A stretch of DNA of 64,000 bases, taken from assembly GCA_964016885.1 (NCBI GenBank), contig OZ024741.1, positions 316,510,001 through 316,574,000 of the forward strand. The letters are read 5' to 3'. Below are positions 1 through 13,055 of the stretch, piece after piece. The first letter of the stretch is position 1. Each line of letters opens with the position of its first letter. The stretch comes from Eledone cirrhosa. Taxonomy: Eukaryota. The position numbers and the translations under genes are program-made. A model generated the notes under the pieces. It was not told the DNA's origin. It saw nothing but the letters and a program-made list of their open reading frames with translations, and ran no database searches.

Positions 1-399
1 ACCAGCTTGATGGTGGATCAGACAATGTGTGGGTCACCTTTTTCAGATCTCTCTTAAGATTTATGAGCAGTGTTCTCCCTTGGAAGGGTTGCTCGGTCAC
101 AACAGACTACGCCCAAGCTAGTTCCTATTCTGAAAACTAGCAATAACGTTAGATAAGACCACGCGGCCTGATAATCTTACACACACTCACATATACATAT
201 TTACACACTCACACAATATATACGTATGTACACGCGCATATATACGCATACGCACACATATATATATATATATATATAAATGTATATATAGTGTATTTTG
301 CAATACACTGTAGGCTTAATTAAAAGCATTTTGAAGACCTTACGCTAGTGTTTTAAAGCAGTGACTATGTCACTTCTTTTTTCAACAAACAAAGGGAGA

Positions 400-447
400 T
401 AAGCTGACAGATCTCTGTTTCATACTGTTGGTATTGCTCAGAGCTTA
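400..447 (-). ncRNA. Type I hammerhead ribozyme, core mutated (CUGAGCA)
   Basis: Minus strand: TAAGCT-CTGAGCA-ATAC-caaca-GTAT-GAAA-CAGAGATCTG-TC-AGCTTA; 6-bp stem I, G8 changed to C. Confidence 0.65.
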
Positions 448-715
448 GCAATCCACTTGTTTGTTGAAAATTATGAATGTTGGATTCTTATAGAATTCCA
501 GTAATAATCAGGAACTGATTATACAGAGCGGTTGCCGGTCCAGCAAAAATTGAAAATTAGAATTGGTGCTCTGAAATAGCGATATATATATGAATGTATA
601 TATAGTGTATTTTGCAATACACTGTATGCTTAATTAAAAGCATTTTGAAGGCCTTACGCTATTGTTTTAAAGTAGTGACTATGTCACTTACTTCTTTTTT
701 CAACAAACAAAGGGA

Positions 716-765
716 GATAAGCTGACAGATCTGTTTCATACTGTTGATATTCCTCAGAGTTTATC
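716..765 (-). ncRNA. Type I hammerhead ribozyme, intact core
   Basis: Minus strand: GATAAACT-CTGAGGA-ATAT-caaca-GTAT-GAAA-CAGATCTG-TC-AGCTTATC; palindromic stem III ACAGATCTGT, GUC site. Confidence 0.75.
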
Positions 766-921
766 CCAGGTTCAATCGGGGGTAACCACAGTAAGTAAAG
801 TACTCATAGCAGAATATAAATAGAAATGGCTTCTACGGAACTAGAACTGTTTCATTCGGAAGAAATCATCAGGAAAGCCCGAATGAAACAGTTCTATTCC
901 TGTAGAAGCCATTTCTATATT

Positions 922-992
<71 letters not shown>

Positions 993-2050
993 CATACACA
1001 CACAAATATACGTACACACATACATATTTATGCATGTGTGATTCGCGCGTATCTGTGTGTTCGTGCATGAAATTCATTTATCGATGGCTGTGTTGTTTAA
1101 CAAAAGATTAACCAAGAAATACATATTTATATTTGCACACAATACATGTTTATATTTTAATCAGTATAATGTTTATATTTTAAACAACACAACCTTACAA
1201 TGTTTTTATCTTAAACAATACAATGTTTATATTTTAAACAATACCATGTATATCTTCTAAACAATATATATTTATATTTTCTAAACAAAGTGTACGGTGT
1301 AAAATAAATATCAGCAATGTCTTCTATGGACTGAGAAAAAATATATAAAAATTTGAGAATAAGAAAATGTTAAGAATAGATGTGTAAAGAGTACCATACA
1401 CACATACCAGAGTGAGTATCTTTATAAATGTATCTTCTGCAAAATCTATATATGCCAGAGGTCATAATCTCAAACTCGAGGTCTCAAAAGAGCCATTACG
1501 TCTAAGTGTAGAAGCACAGCGGGTCAAATATTGTATGCGGGGAGGTGATTTCCACAAGTTATAATGCTAATTGCAATACGGCTGATAAGGTGCTATTTAT
1601 TATTTTTTCTTCGTCAAAATTAATATGATGGTAAGTAGGATATGTGAATTAGTAGGGGGACAAATGTCCCGTTTCAAATTTTCCTTAATTAGTCTTGACC
1701 AAGTGAGTAAAACGTCACTAAAGATGGATAAACACCCCGAAACATTAGTGCCTGACGTTTTCAAGCGGCTACTGAGCTAGCTGTGAGTGACATGATCGCA
1801 GCTTAAAATACCAATATCGTGTCTTGTGTATATTTATTATAAAAAACTTATTGTATATGTTTTCATATACGCCTCTAATATAATAGAGAATAAGACGAAC
1901 GTATATTTGTTTATTTGTTTGTTTTATTGTTGGTTGTTTGGTTGGTTGATTGGGTGGCTGGCTGGTTTCATAGACGAATTTACACACACACACATACACA
2001 CACACACACATACATATATATATGTGAGTGTTTGTGTTTGTGTCTGTATA

Positions 2051-2093
<43 letters not shown>

Positions 2094-2108
2094 CGAAATA
2101 CATTCCCT

Positions 2109-2151
<43 letters not shown>

Positions 2152-2795
2152 AGTGAATGGATATAGAGCGCTCTGTTTTCTTGTTCACCCTTACGCACCA
2201 TATATATTACGTCTTGTCGTCTGCCAGGTTTAATAATGAACAACAAACCAGTGTTCAGTATGTCCCCGTTCTCTTATTCCCACATAAACCATCAAAATAG
2301 CCGATTCAACTGACAGAGCGGAAGTTAACTCACTGGCGTTACCCGATATATATAGTGAACGGCGCCTGGTCAGGGTGTGTTAACGTGATAAGACGGTCAC
2401 CCACCCAGTCGGCGTCCATCAAACGACGCTTCACTAACTCTAGTTGATGTTCGGTCCTCCGTCATTTCAAACGATGAGTGTTCTAGCTGATGCGATCAAC
2501 GGAACAGCCTGCAAGTGGCTGAGCATTCCCCATATACGTGTCAACTTAAGGTAGTTCTCAGGTTGATTCAGCATGACACAATGTTTGACTAGGCTGTACA
2601 ATGGTTCAGTATTTACATGTACACTCGGGTCTCGAATAATCTAGACCCCCCCCCCCTCAACCCTCTTATCAATTTTGCACATCCTCGCCCCCTCTTATTA
2701 AATTTTGCTAATCCACTCCCTTGGAAATTTTATTTTAAGTAGTAGCACTCCTGTGACAGTTACTTTTCTTTATACATTAAAAAACGTTAAACATA

Positions 2796-2960
2796 GGGTC
2801 GGACACCATGCTTTGCAGCAAAGAGTTACGGCCCTTTATGATCTGAGTACAAATGCCGCCAGGTTAACTTTGCCTTTCATCCTTATGGAGTCGATAAAAT
2901 AAAGTACCAGTAATACACTGGGATAATTGCTGGCCTTGTGCCAAAAGTAGAAACAATTAT
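2796..2960 (+). mobile_element. tRNA-derived SINE family 1, 5'-truncated
   Basis: Shares GCCTTTCATCC...GTCGATAAAATAAAGTACCAG and the GCCTTGTGCCAAAAGTAGAAAC tail with copies at 38270, 45801, 47679, 47905 and 61078. Confidence 0.8.
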
Positions 2961-3158
2961 ACATGACAAAAAAAGTACATTACTAGAAATCACATACGTA
3001 ATAAAATAAATAGGATCGGTTGGGGTCTCAATATGTAAACTAAACGACTAATTCTGTTTTTTTTTTGTTTTAATCAACGGAGACAACCTAGAAAAATTAC
3101 TGGTCCTCCCACTCGCTTATTCCACCCCATCTCCCTACTCTGGGACCGGAGAGTAAAA

Positions 3159-3285
3159 CTCATTTTTTCTAGCTGTGTAAACTGGAGAAACAGGAAAGGT
3201 AGTGTCTTACTCAAGGACACAATGCACCGCCGTAACTCATGAACTTATGATCCTGAGTCGAGTACCCTAACCACTAAACCAGGCA
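3159..3285 (-). mobile_element. tRNA-derived SINE family 2
   Basis: Reverse complement has A-box-like TGGTTTAGTGG and TCCTTGAGTAAGACACT, matching 42214-42355. Confidence 0.65.
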
Positions 3286-3650
3286 TTATCAAATAAATAA
3301 ATGTTTATAGATAAGCTTTTTCTAACACGATATTGCAGGAAAATTTTCTTGTTCTCTTTTCAAAGTCGGTCACATGTCAGCTCAAGCCATGACGACCTGT
3401 CACTGCTGACACACATGTTATAAAGTTCTCCACCACTCATGTACTATACAGTATACATTTCGTGCCTCGGTTTCCATTTGCCTCCTGACACAATGAAACT
3501 ATTTTTTATATCTTTTAATATATCTTCAGTAAAATGATATCTAATGATGGTGGTGGTGATGTTGGTGGTGGTGGTGGAGGAGGTGATGGCAATGGGGAGG
3601 GGGTGGTGGTAGTTTCACTTATAGTGGGACAATCAGTGGTTATGGTAGTG

Positions 3651-3683
<33 letters not shown>

Positions 3684-4529
3684 ATGGCGGTGGTGGTGGT
3701 GGTGCTGGTGCTTCTGCTAATTAATTATAACCAACCAGCTTCGTACTATATGCAAATAGTACATTCCCATCCAATGTTTTCTATTTGCTATATGCAAATG
3801 AACGTCACCAGCAAATGTTCATCATGCGAAATCTATGTAAGCTCTCGTCTATTTTCATCCCAGTAGCAGTTGAGGGAATGCCATTGGTGATTGATTAACG
3901 GATTTTGAACCAGATATCTAGCATTCTCAACACCTACTGAGATATCTGTGACATATTCACAAAGCAAGAGAGAGAAAAATAGTTTGAAAGCGAAGCTCTC
4001 GCATGATTTATTGCATATAAACATGTAGTAGTATATGATTTCATATATATATATATACTATGTTATTGAAGAATGTGTACTCAATACCAAAGTAGAGAGA
4101 ATAACCAAGATATACTTAAAACCTAATTTTAATCCTAGATTTTTCAAAAGCCCAATATTACCACACATATACTATATATATATTGTCGTTTGTTCGAGGC
4201 ATAATCGGTGAAACGTATATTTTGATGTCGCTACAATGCAGATGGGGTTGTAAATATTTATGTAACAAAATTAGATGAGGGAGGAGAGAGATGAGATTGA
4301 GTGCAAATACCTAGAAAGGTCCTCTCTGGTATTCCCAGACGAATGCCTTGATAATGGATACTACGTCCGAAAATATATTGGGAGTAAGGTAACATAATCT
4401 TATTGTCTTTTTTCCTCTTCTTCCCTTCTTTGCACTCACCCTCACCTCTCTCATTCTTCACCCGATTTCGTTACCTTTCAATATTTACAACGCCGTCAGA
4501 ATTATAGCGGCTTCGAAGGCATGACCATC

Positions 4530-4600
<71 letters not shown>

Positions 4601-5453
4601 CGTGTGCGTATGTTTGTGTGGATGTGTATGTAAGTGGATGTGTGCTTGTGTGTATATATATATAGGTGTGTGTGTGTGTGTGTGTGTGTATAACGAGTCA
4701 CACGTGTGAAGTCTGAATGTTTTAATCTCTACAATAATGACCTCATCTTAACCAAGTATTTCCTTCATTACCACGGTTCAACTTTGACCTTACCTACTTT
4801 ATAAGGTCAACCATTGACTTGGCTACTGCATTGGGTCATTCATTGACTTCAGTTCTTTTCCTTTATCAGCCTCAGCACACACACACACATACACATACAC
4901 ACACACACAGTATCATCATCATTATCGTTATCATCATCTTATTTACACATCATCTTACTTATCTGCTATGCATCATTCATTCGCCTAATGTATTTATCAT
5001 CACCCAGTTTACAACCAACACAGACACCACCACCATCACCACCACCACCAAGACCATCATCACACTCAACATTGCCAGCACACTATTACACGTATTTCTC
5101 TTGCCCTCCCGGTCAACCAAGCATATAAACCCCTGAGCCATGGTGTCTTTCTTTCTCCTTCCACCCACCCTACTACACACCAGTTTCGGGGTCCCAATTA
5201 TTCATATTTACCACCCACAATTCTTGCATTTAAGCCCTTGGACTTTGCTCTGTGAAGGGGAAAGTATAATAGAAATTGATACAACAAACACCACCACAAA
5301 CAACCTGAACAAAGACAGCAATGACAACAACACTGAGAACACTAATTTTGAAAATAATGACCACACCAGCCACTACAGTAACAGCAACAACCAAAATACA
5401 GACAACAGAAAAAATTTGACAACAAATGCAACAACAATATTAACACTACTAAC

Positions 5454-6802
5454 ATGGAAACAAATAGCGACAACACCAACAGCAACAATACAAATTGCAT
5501 GGAGAACAACAAAAACGGTGGCACCAAAGACACAACCAACTGCAACAGTGATAACAGCAACAGTAGCAACAGCAGCAACACAAACAACAAGACTAGTAGC
5601 AGCAGTAGCGACCGCAACAATGAAAAAGGGACCATCTCTTTTGCAAAGGAGGCTCGCAACGTAGAAACAGTCCTGGTCACAGAGGAGGTGATGGCAGTCG
5701 CAAGACACATGGTAACCAGAACTGAATTTTCAATGTCCTTGAAACCACCAATCGACTTTCTGGAAGAACAAGAGCGACGTACAGTGTCATACCGCACGAT
5801 TGCCACGAAATCGCGTCGTGTGGAGAGAGCCTCGGAGACCCAAATCCAGAAGGCCTTGGGAACTGTGTGGACACGGAAAACCCACATCACCCGAGGCAAG
5901 AAATATGCTACTGTGGACGTCCTTTTTGCTACCACCCAGGAAGCAAAATCGCACTCACTGAGGATCCTATGAAGTGATGATATAACATTAGTCCCGTTTT
6001 ACTGCGGGAAAAAATTGCAACGGTCAGGGTAACCCAGGTCCCGCCCTACGTACCTGTTCCTTGGCTGGTCGTGTCTGTTCTAGCGGGTATCGAGGATAGA
6101 ACAACCATTTTGCAGGTTCAGAAGTTGAAGAGAGAGGACTGGTCCGGTATTGGAATGGAGATGCTAATCCAGACCGACCAAGACGGCATCAGCGCTACTT
6201 TCGACGTAATAGGCCTCGGGAATGGCTCCCAACTTCCCATATCTGTTGAAGGAAGGCGCCCAAAGTGCTTCAACTGTGGATCGAAGTCTCACCTCAGGGC
6301 TTTCTGACCACAGAAAATAACAAAGGCCAAGGTCACCCTCCTTCCAACGCCGGTACCGCTGCCATCAGAAACAGAGTAGTCAGCGAAAATGTCGGGAGCT
6401 TCTAGAAATTGTAGAACAACGTCCGTGGCATCCACACCAAAGCCACGGACAACAAAAACAGCGGCGGCAGCTGCAGCAACAGAAAAAGTTGCACTAGCTG
6501 CACCTGTGCTAAGAACGGCAGACCAGGCTCCACCACCACCAACAAAGACAAATGGGAGGGTAGAACTCATACCCCTCCCCGACCTCGAGGAGTGGAAAAC
6601 GGTTGTCAACAAAAAAAAAAAAAAACACGCAAAAACACCACAGCTTCTCCCTCCAAAAGTGAATGCAAAGAAAGAGGGTTAAAGGTTGCAAGGAGACTTG
6701 CAGCAACACCATCACCACCACAAACATCACCACCAACAACAACCACACCACCACCACCAGCATCACCACAAACAGCAACATCGCAAACACAACAAAGCAA
6801 CC

Positions 6803-6833
<31 letters not shown>

Positions 6834-7139
6834 AAAATAATATACAGCCATAAACAGTGCACACAAAGGATTAATGGAAAACATAAAACAGCACACCGAT
6901 ATTTCAGACAACAAATTACCACAACCCTCCAATACAGAGAACATTACCCCCACAGCATTAAAATTGTCGAAATTAAACTGGAAGACTATAAACTATTAAA
7001 GCAAAAATTCCCCAACGCAGTAGGTGATTTCAGAGGGTCACTCTCCAAGAGAATCTATACAGGTATCATCTTGGAGACACCCATGGCCAACCGAAGGGAC
7101 GGTTCTACTGTCCCCTCCCCACACGATCAAGTTAAGTGA
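5454..7139 (+). pseudogene. Tx1 ORF1 (gag-like, CX2CX4HX4C knuckle), frameshifted
   Basis: EGRRPKCFNCGSKSHLRAF* (last Cys codon now TGA). N-terminal ISFAKE parallels ISFAET of the second copy. Split over several frames. Confidence 0.75.
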
Positions 7140-7171
7140 TCCTTTCTCACTTGCCCCGTTCCTCACTCAGC

Positions 7172-8040
7172 ATGGCCGTACTCAGAAGAGGCAGTGTAAA
7201 TGTACGTGGTCTGGGGTCATCTTGGAAGCAGGATCACCTGCTCAACGGCCTCAGGTCACTAAACATAGATGTGGTAGCCATCAGCGAGACCAGAATCTCC
7301 GAAGCACGAGCCTTCTCACCGATCTTCGGCGGCTACGATGTATACGCAACTCCCAGCCGTTCAGGATCGGGGCGAGGAGTTGCTGTGCTTTTTCGGAGAG
7401 GCTTGGATCGCGCCATACGGGCCATCTTCTTGGATCCAGAAGGTAAGTCGGTGGTGCTGGACTTGACCGGTAGTGAAGACTGCTTTCCCCCAATGGGAGC
7501 CAGATTTCTTCAGATGTCTAGAGACCTTTCTTGGACCGCTCTTTAGTGTTAGTGGGCGACTGGAACGGTATCTTAGATGCACGCTGGGATTATGTGGGGC
7601 TAGTAGACAGGGAAGGAGGGTGTAAAAGCCTCAACAATCTGCTCAGACGTGTTGAACTGTCTAACAGGTATAGAGTGGATTATCCGAATGTGCCAATGGG
7701 GACATGGGTAAACCACATCGGATCATCCAGATCGTATTTAGATAGGGTATTCTGTAGGGAAACAGATAAGGCTAGTGTAGGTTGTCCACAATTTAAAGTA
7801 GTCGACTACACGGACCACAAATTTGTGATCTGTGAAGTTGACTTAGATAGACTCCATAGGCAAAGGCCCGGTTACTGGAAGCTGAACACGTCGTTCCCGA
7901 TGCATAGCTTACAGAGACCGGATTAGCGTTGACGGGTGCGATCGTCAACAACAGGTGGTGGTTTACTCTGAAAAGGGCTATTAGAGTAGAATCGATAAGG
8001 TTTAGCAAACGAGTAGTGATAGAGGAAAAAAGGGTAGTAG
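7172..8040 (+). pseudogene. Tx1 ORF2 apurinic-endonuclease domain, truncated before RT
   Basis: MAVLRRGSVNVRGL, VVAISETR, GRGVAVLF, LVGDWN, RSYLDR, YTDHK and PGYWKLN motifs, with frameshifts. Confidence 0.85.
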
Positions 8041-8147
8041 AGTGGGTAATAGGAAAAGAGTCAGGATTCCGACGGCTGAGCTCCAGAGTTCGGATCTACC
8101 TGTCGAAACGGCCGGAGCTCAGCCGTCGGGCGTCGGGGTCCTGACTC
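8031..8147. mobile_element. Fold-back fragment of a short TA-associated element (family also at 12771-12930 and 40176-40365)
   Basis: gagtcaggattccgacggctgagctcc (8058-8084) is inverted at 8114-8147. Contains GAAA-CGGC-loop-GCCG-TC. Followed by a C-run and (TA)n. Confidence 0.7.
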
Positions 8148-8158
8148 CCCCCCCCCCC

Positions 8159-8189
<31 letters not shown>

Positions 8190-8270
8190 TAAATAAATTT
8201 GAAGACTAAAATCCAAAGAGGGCTCGATAAGGATAAATATATATCAAATATATAAGAACCGTAGAGCAAA

Positions 8271-8417
8271 TATTTATTAAAATAACAGATTAAAGATTAA
8301 GCAAAGAATCTCTGCTTTCACCCTTAACGGGATCTTCTGAAACAGTTTCAGAAGATCCCGTTAAGGGTGAAAGCAGCGATTCTTTGCTTAAACTTTAATC
8401 TGTTATTTTAATAAATA
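8271..8417. repeat. 147-bp near-perfect palindrome made of two head-to-head copies of an element 3' end
   Basis: 73-bp arms around a single A at 8344, about 2 mismatches. One arm occurs singly at 46170-46236 next to (TA)n. Confidence 0.9.
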
Positions 8418-8713
8418 CATATATAAATATATCTTAACTACAATAAAGAAAGGAGTGCGGGACTGCGTCCAGAATATATTTTTTTAACCCGTTTGTAAAA
8501 TAAGTTGGATTACTTTGAATAAATAATGAATGAATATTACATAATTTATCTACTAAATTTCGTAATTCTTGATCAAATATATTTTATTGCTTATTTAATG
8601 ATTCACTTCTTTAAAATTCTCAAATGTCAACACTTCCGGTTATATTATAACACTTATAAAAACATCGCATATATTTCCGTCGCTAATTTCCTCCTAATGC
8701 AGTTTATATATAA

Positions 8714-9173
8714 CTAGCAGAGGTACCCGGCGTTGCTCGGATATTAAATAGCAGTTGTGTATACCAGTTATGTCAATACTTCAGTGCTGCTTCGAAAACT
8801 ATACTTTTATAAAATCATCCGCTCTTTCCAAAAGGGGGTTCCTGCCCCCAGGGCTCCCCTACCCAATATGTGCCAATTCTGAGAGTTCACATTCATCTGT
8901 AGGACAAACGTAGCCCATGTGTCAAGTTTTGTGAAAATCGGTTGCGAACTCCAGAAGTTATGACGTTTTGTTGCATTGCACTGCAGTACTTCAGTCGACT
9001 CCAAGGAAGTGGTTAAAGTGGTTAAAGGGGTTATCTGCCGGGGGGGGGGGGGGCTATAATCAATATCTGGAAAAATGACAGTGCCCATGATCATCCGGAG
9101 TACATAAGTAACCTATGTCTTAAGTTTGGTGAAAATACTGTAGAAATGCATAAGGTTTATACATGCGTTCGTG

Positions 9174-9205
<32 letters not shown>

Positions 9206-10474
9206 TGCGTGCGTATGTATGTGTATGTCCGTCGGGGCATACGTATGTACTGGCCTAAATCTTCACTATTTACTTTTACTATTTTAATAACCTCTGTCAT
9301 TTTCGTTTTCAATTTTATTTACATCATTACTCCGGGGCTGGAAATAATTCTGTTATTTTAAATAGAATATTAGTCTAACAACTCCATTTATACCATAAAC
9401 TTGGTCTTGTCTTTGCATGAAATTGTTCTTTACGCTCCACATAACGATGTATTATCCTCGCTTTTTTCCCGTTCATTGCCAGGGAACGTCTTCACGAACC
9501 AAAATATCGTCTTCCTGTTTTCGTTCGGTTGCAACGTTTCTCGAAATATTTACTTCTGCGTTCACAGATTACTCTCAGTTCAATTTGAATGGGAAATTCC
9601 TGTTTCATCGATTTTCTCCGTAACCATGGAAGCTTATAGTAGCCAATAGTTTATTAACAGCGAAATAACGTTGTCTTTGATATGTTATTTTAAATAAGAC
9701 AATGAATTGAAAAATACTACTTACTGTTAGTGGTGGTTAACATGTATTAGAAATAAAATGAAAATGATATCTGAAAAAACGTACTTGAGAACATGGCTCC
9801 CTTCTTCGCGCAATTTAAGGGTTTTATTTCTTTTGATGGAAAACAGTGACTGTTTTCGGTTTGGCATTTCGTAAAATGGTACTGCAGAATTGATTTCATA
9901 AAACGATACTGTATGATAGTTTACACTTTGATTGCCCTGGTCAGCAAGAGGGGCCTCTATATATTAGATATTTATTAGAAGAGGGGGAAATAACTAACCC
10001 CAGTATTAGAACAGGGGGTTCGCAATGTAAGGGTTTTATTTCTTTTGTTAGAAAACAGTTACCTTTTTCGTTTGGCATTTCGTAAAATTCTACTGCAGAA
10101 TCGATTTCATAAAACAGTACTGTATGATCGTTATAGAATTATTTAAATTTAATATAGAGCAATTGTATTTTAAAAATGAAAATGAAACGTACTGTAGTAG
10201 CCAAAAGTTTATTAACAGCGAAATAACGTTGTCTTTGATATGTTTTTTTAGACAAAAGTATTAGAACAGGGGGAAATAACTCACTGAACGCGATAGTTTT
10301 GAGGCCCCAGAGACTACATTTTTCAAGTTAGAGATTTGAAACCTCGTTTATTATCTTCCTTGGCACTTTTTACATAGGTGTGTAAATTTTCATGTCCGTC
10401 CGACCACGTCTACTACCATTTAACCGTGCACATCTGAATTTCAACCACCGCCCATTTCACAAATATATATTAGA
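8714..10474 (-). mobile_element. Non-autonomous Helitron(s), composite or nested
   Basis: Minus-strand 3' end CCGAGCAACGCCGGG hairpin then CTAG at 8714; 5' TC-TAATATATAT at 10474; internal duplications. Confidence 0.65.
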
Positions 10475-11850
10475 CTAGCAGTTGAGCCCGTTTGCACCCG
10501 GAGCCACTTTTTATTAAGTTAATAATTTGAAAAATATTATTGAAAGTTTATTATAAAGAAGCAGTTTCAGAAAAAAAAAATAGAAATATGCACTTGGGGC
10601 TGGACGGCGTACAATGAGAAGTGGAGCGACGTGAAAAGCCTTGTTTATTAACAGCGAAATAGCAATGTCGATGATATGCAATTTGAAAAATACTACTTAC
10701 TGTTAGTGGTGGTTAACATGTATTAGAATTAAAATAAAAACACGCGTCCCTTCTTCGCAATTTAAGGGTTTGGCGATACTTGGTTTTAGTGTCCTAAATT
10801 ATCATCATCGACATTCAATTATTAGCTCTACCCACTACACGATACGTCACGACACACCACCAGCTGCTGCAACGGCTTGATTTTTACATGTTCATTTTCT
10901 TACATGCTTCATTTTTACACGAAATAACATTGAATTTTTAGAATAAATATTTATTAAAATATTAACAGAGAAAATTAGATTTTTGATTTATTTTTTTAAC
11001 AAAATAAATATTTATTTACATTTTTTCACAGAAAAACTATGCTTCATTTTTACATGAATATTTATTTACAGTTTTTAAGTTTTTAACCGAAACACTATGC
11101 TTCATTTTTACATGAATATTTATTTATAGTTTTTAACAGAACAAAAATTGCTGCGAAATACATTTTTTTTTAACACACGATACGCCACGAAGGTAAATGT
11201 TTCGAAAAAATTTTAAACTGTATATCGCCAAAATATATTGTTTAAAGAAATTTTTTTCTGTTGTTTAAAACTGTAAATCTGTTTTAAAAAAATGTATTTA
11301 ACCGAAACACTATGCTTCATTTTTACATGAATATTTATTTACAGTTTTTAACAGAAAAAAAATTGCTGCGAAATACATTTTTTTTTTAACAGATTTACAG
11401 TTTTTAACAACAGAAAAAAAATTTCTTTAAACAATATATTGTTGCGATATACAGTTTAAAATTTTTTCGAAACATTTACCTTCGTGACGTATCGTGTAGT
11501 GGGTGGAGCTAATAATTGAATGTCGATGATGATAATTTAGGACACTAAAACCAAGTATCGCCAAGGGTTTTATTTCTTTTGATGGAAATCAGTGACCGTA
11601 CTGCAGAATCGATTTCATAAAACGGTACTGTATGATCGTTAAATGTAGAAGGATGATAGTTTATTAACAGCGAAATAGCAATGTCGATGGTATGCAAGTT
11701 TAAAAATGCATATTATGAAGGTTTGTATGATAGTTTACACTTTTTCCTGAAACTGCTTCTTTATAATAAACTTTAAATAATATTTTTCAAATTATTTGTA
11801 TGTTAACAGCGAAAGAACGTTGATGAATTTAAAAATATATATATATATGT
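10475..11850 (-). mobile_element. Second Helitron-like element directly abutting the first
   Basis: CTAG at 10475 with cccgtttgcacccgg hairpin; shares internal blocks with 9650-10260; right boundary approximate. Confidence 0.5.
10772..11562. mobile_element. MITE with ~80-bp TIRs starting GGCGATAC and 8-bp TSD AAGGGTTT (Merlin-like termini)
   Basis: TIRs at 10772-10852 and 11482-11562; TSD at 10764-10771 and 11563-11570; empty-site paralog tttaagggttttatttc near 9814 and 10029. Confidence 0.85.
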
Positions 11851-11867
11851 CAATCGATTTCTAGTTG

Positions 11868-11901
<34 letters not shown>

Positions 11902-11906
11902 GTATA

Positions 11907-12022
<116 letters not shown>

Positions 12023-12290
12023 TGTGTGTGTGTGCATATATTTATCTCAAAAGAATGAAGAATAACATGGGTGGCTGAACAAAAGGATTTATTTACAGTA
12101 TTAACGATTGTTTCCTTAGTCGGTGTGTCTAAAAGTCGCTGATCGTTAGATTTATATATATATAAAAATAGACATATGAAACAATCACAGGGGATAATTT
12201 CTAAAGAGTGTAAGCACACACAGCTAGGTAGGTAACTAATTAAAGTTTAATGAGAACTTCAAATATAGATACCTTTTAAAAATGATTAAT

Positions 12291-12382
12291 CTCCTTTGTA
12301 TATATTTCATTAAATAAAGAAATATATTTCACCATCAATCGGTAAATCCCAGTAGTCAAATCCTGGATCTTCAGCAAAGGAG
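12291..12382 (-). ncRNA. Hammerhead ribozyme remnant interrupted by a small duplication
   Basis: Minus strand: CTCCTTTG-CTGAAGA-TCCA...TGG-TGAAATATAT-[ttctttatttaa]-TGAAA-TATA-TA-CAAAGGAG; 8-bp stem I. Confidence 0.55.
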
Positions 12383-12667
12383 AAGATTTAACAAATCTGT
12401 GAATGACTAGAAGTACGTGTTGCATTTAAATTTAAAAAAATACATACATCGTACCAGCGTCATCCCAGTGGCGTGAATAGGATTATCGACAGCTAGAAAT
12501 AGCAGCCAAGTTCTTTCAACTGAGTTGGTTCGACAATTAAGGAGCCGTATATATATTCAAAATTAAATTAAAGATGTCATGTCTGAGAAAGATGCGCCAT
12601 AACCTCTGTAGAATATGCTCAAAGATTCCAATGAGTAGATCCGAGCATTTACATTAACTAGAAATCG

Positions 12668-12770
<103 letters not shown>

Positions 12771-12930
12771 ACGAAGGAAATGTGATAAGGAAGCAGGTGG
12801 ACCATAACGCACCAAAGTACTCAATACTTAGGGTAGTAGAGTGGGTAATAGGAACGAGTAGGACCCCGACGGCTGAGCTCAAGCCGTTTCGACGGCTAAT
12901 TCTGGACTAAACGTACAGGTGCATAGAGAT
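12771..12930 (-). mobile_element. Short TA-anchored element with 3' half of a hammerhead
   Basis: Reverse complement matches 40235-40365 and ends ...catttccttcgt-(TA)n at the same base. Confidence 0.75.
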
Positions 12931-13020
12931 CAAAATCCCTACATATGATCTTTAGCTATGAACATTTTCCACGAACCTTTTGATGTACCCTCGTATATAA
13001 ATATATATATATATATATAA

Positions 13021-13055
<35 letters not shown>

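Larger units (their letters stand above)
281..770 (-). mobile_element. Partial tandem (~310-bp unit) of a short HHR-bearing non-autonomous element; each unit ends in a (TA)n tract
   Basis: About 281-447 is repeated at about 595-765 (gtgtattttgcaatacactg...gggagataagctgacag). Both copies carry a minus-strand hammerhead and abut TA repeats. Confidence 0.7.
5100..8040 (+). mobile_element. Tx1/L1-clade non-LTR retrotransposon, decayed, 3' part deleted
   Basis: ORF1 with zinc knuckle followed by an APE-endonuclease ORF2; homologous to the copy at 52200-57520; 5' boundary approximate. Confidence 0.85.

Noticed and set aside
6305-6307. TGA at the last zinc-knuckle Cys of Tx1 ORF1 read as selenocysteine
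   Set aside because: The copy has many other stops and frameshifts, and the paralog has Cys; a point mutation suffices.
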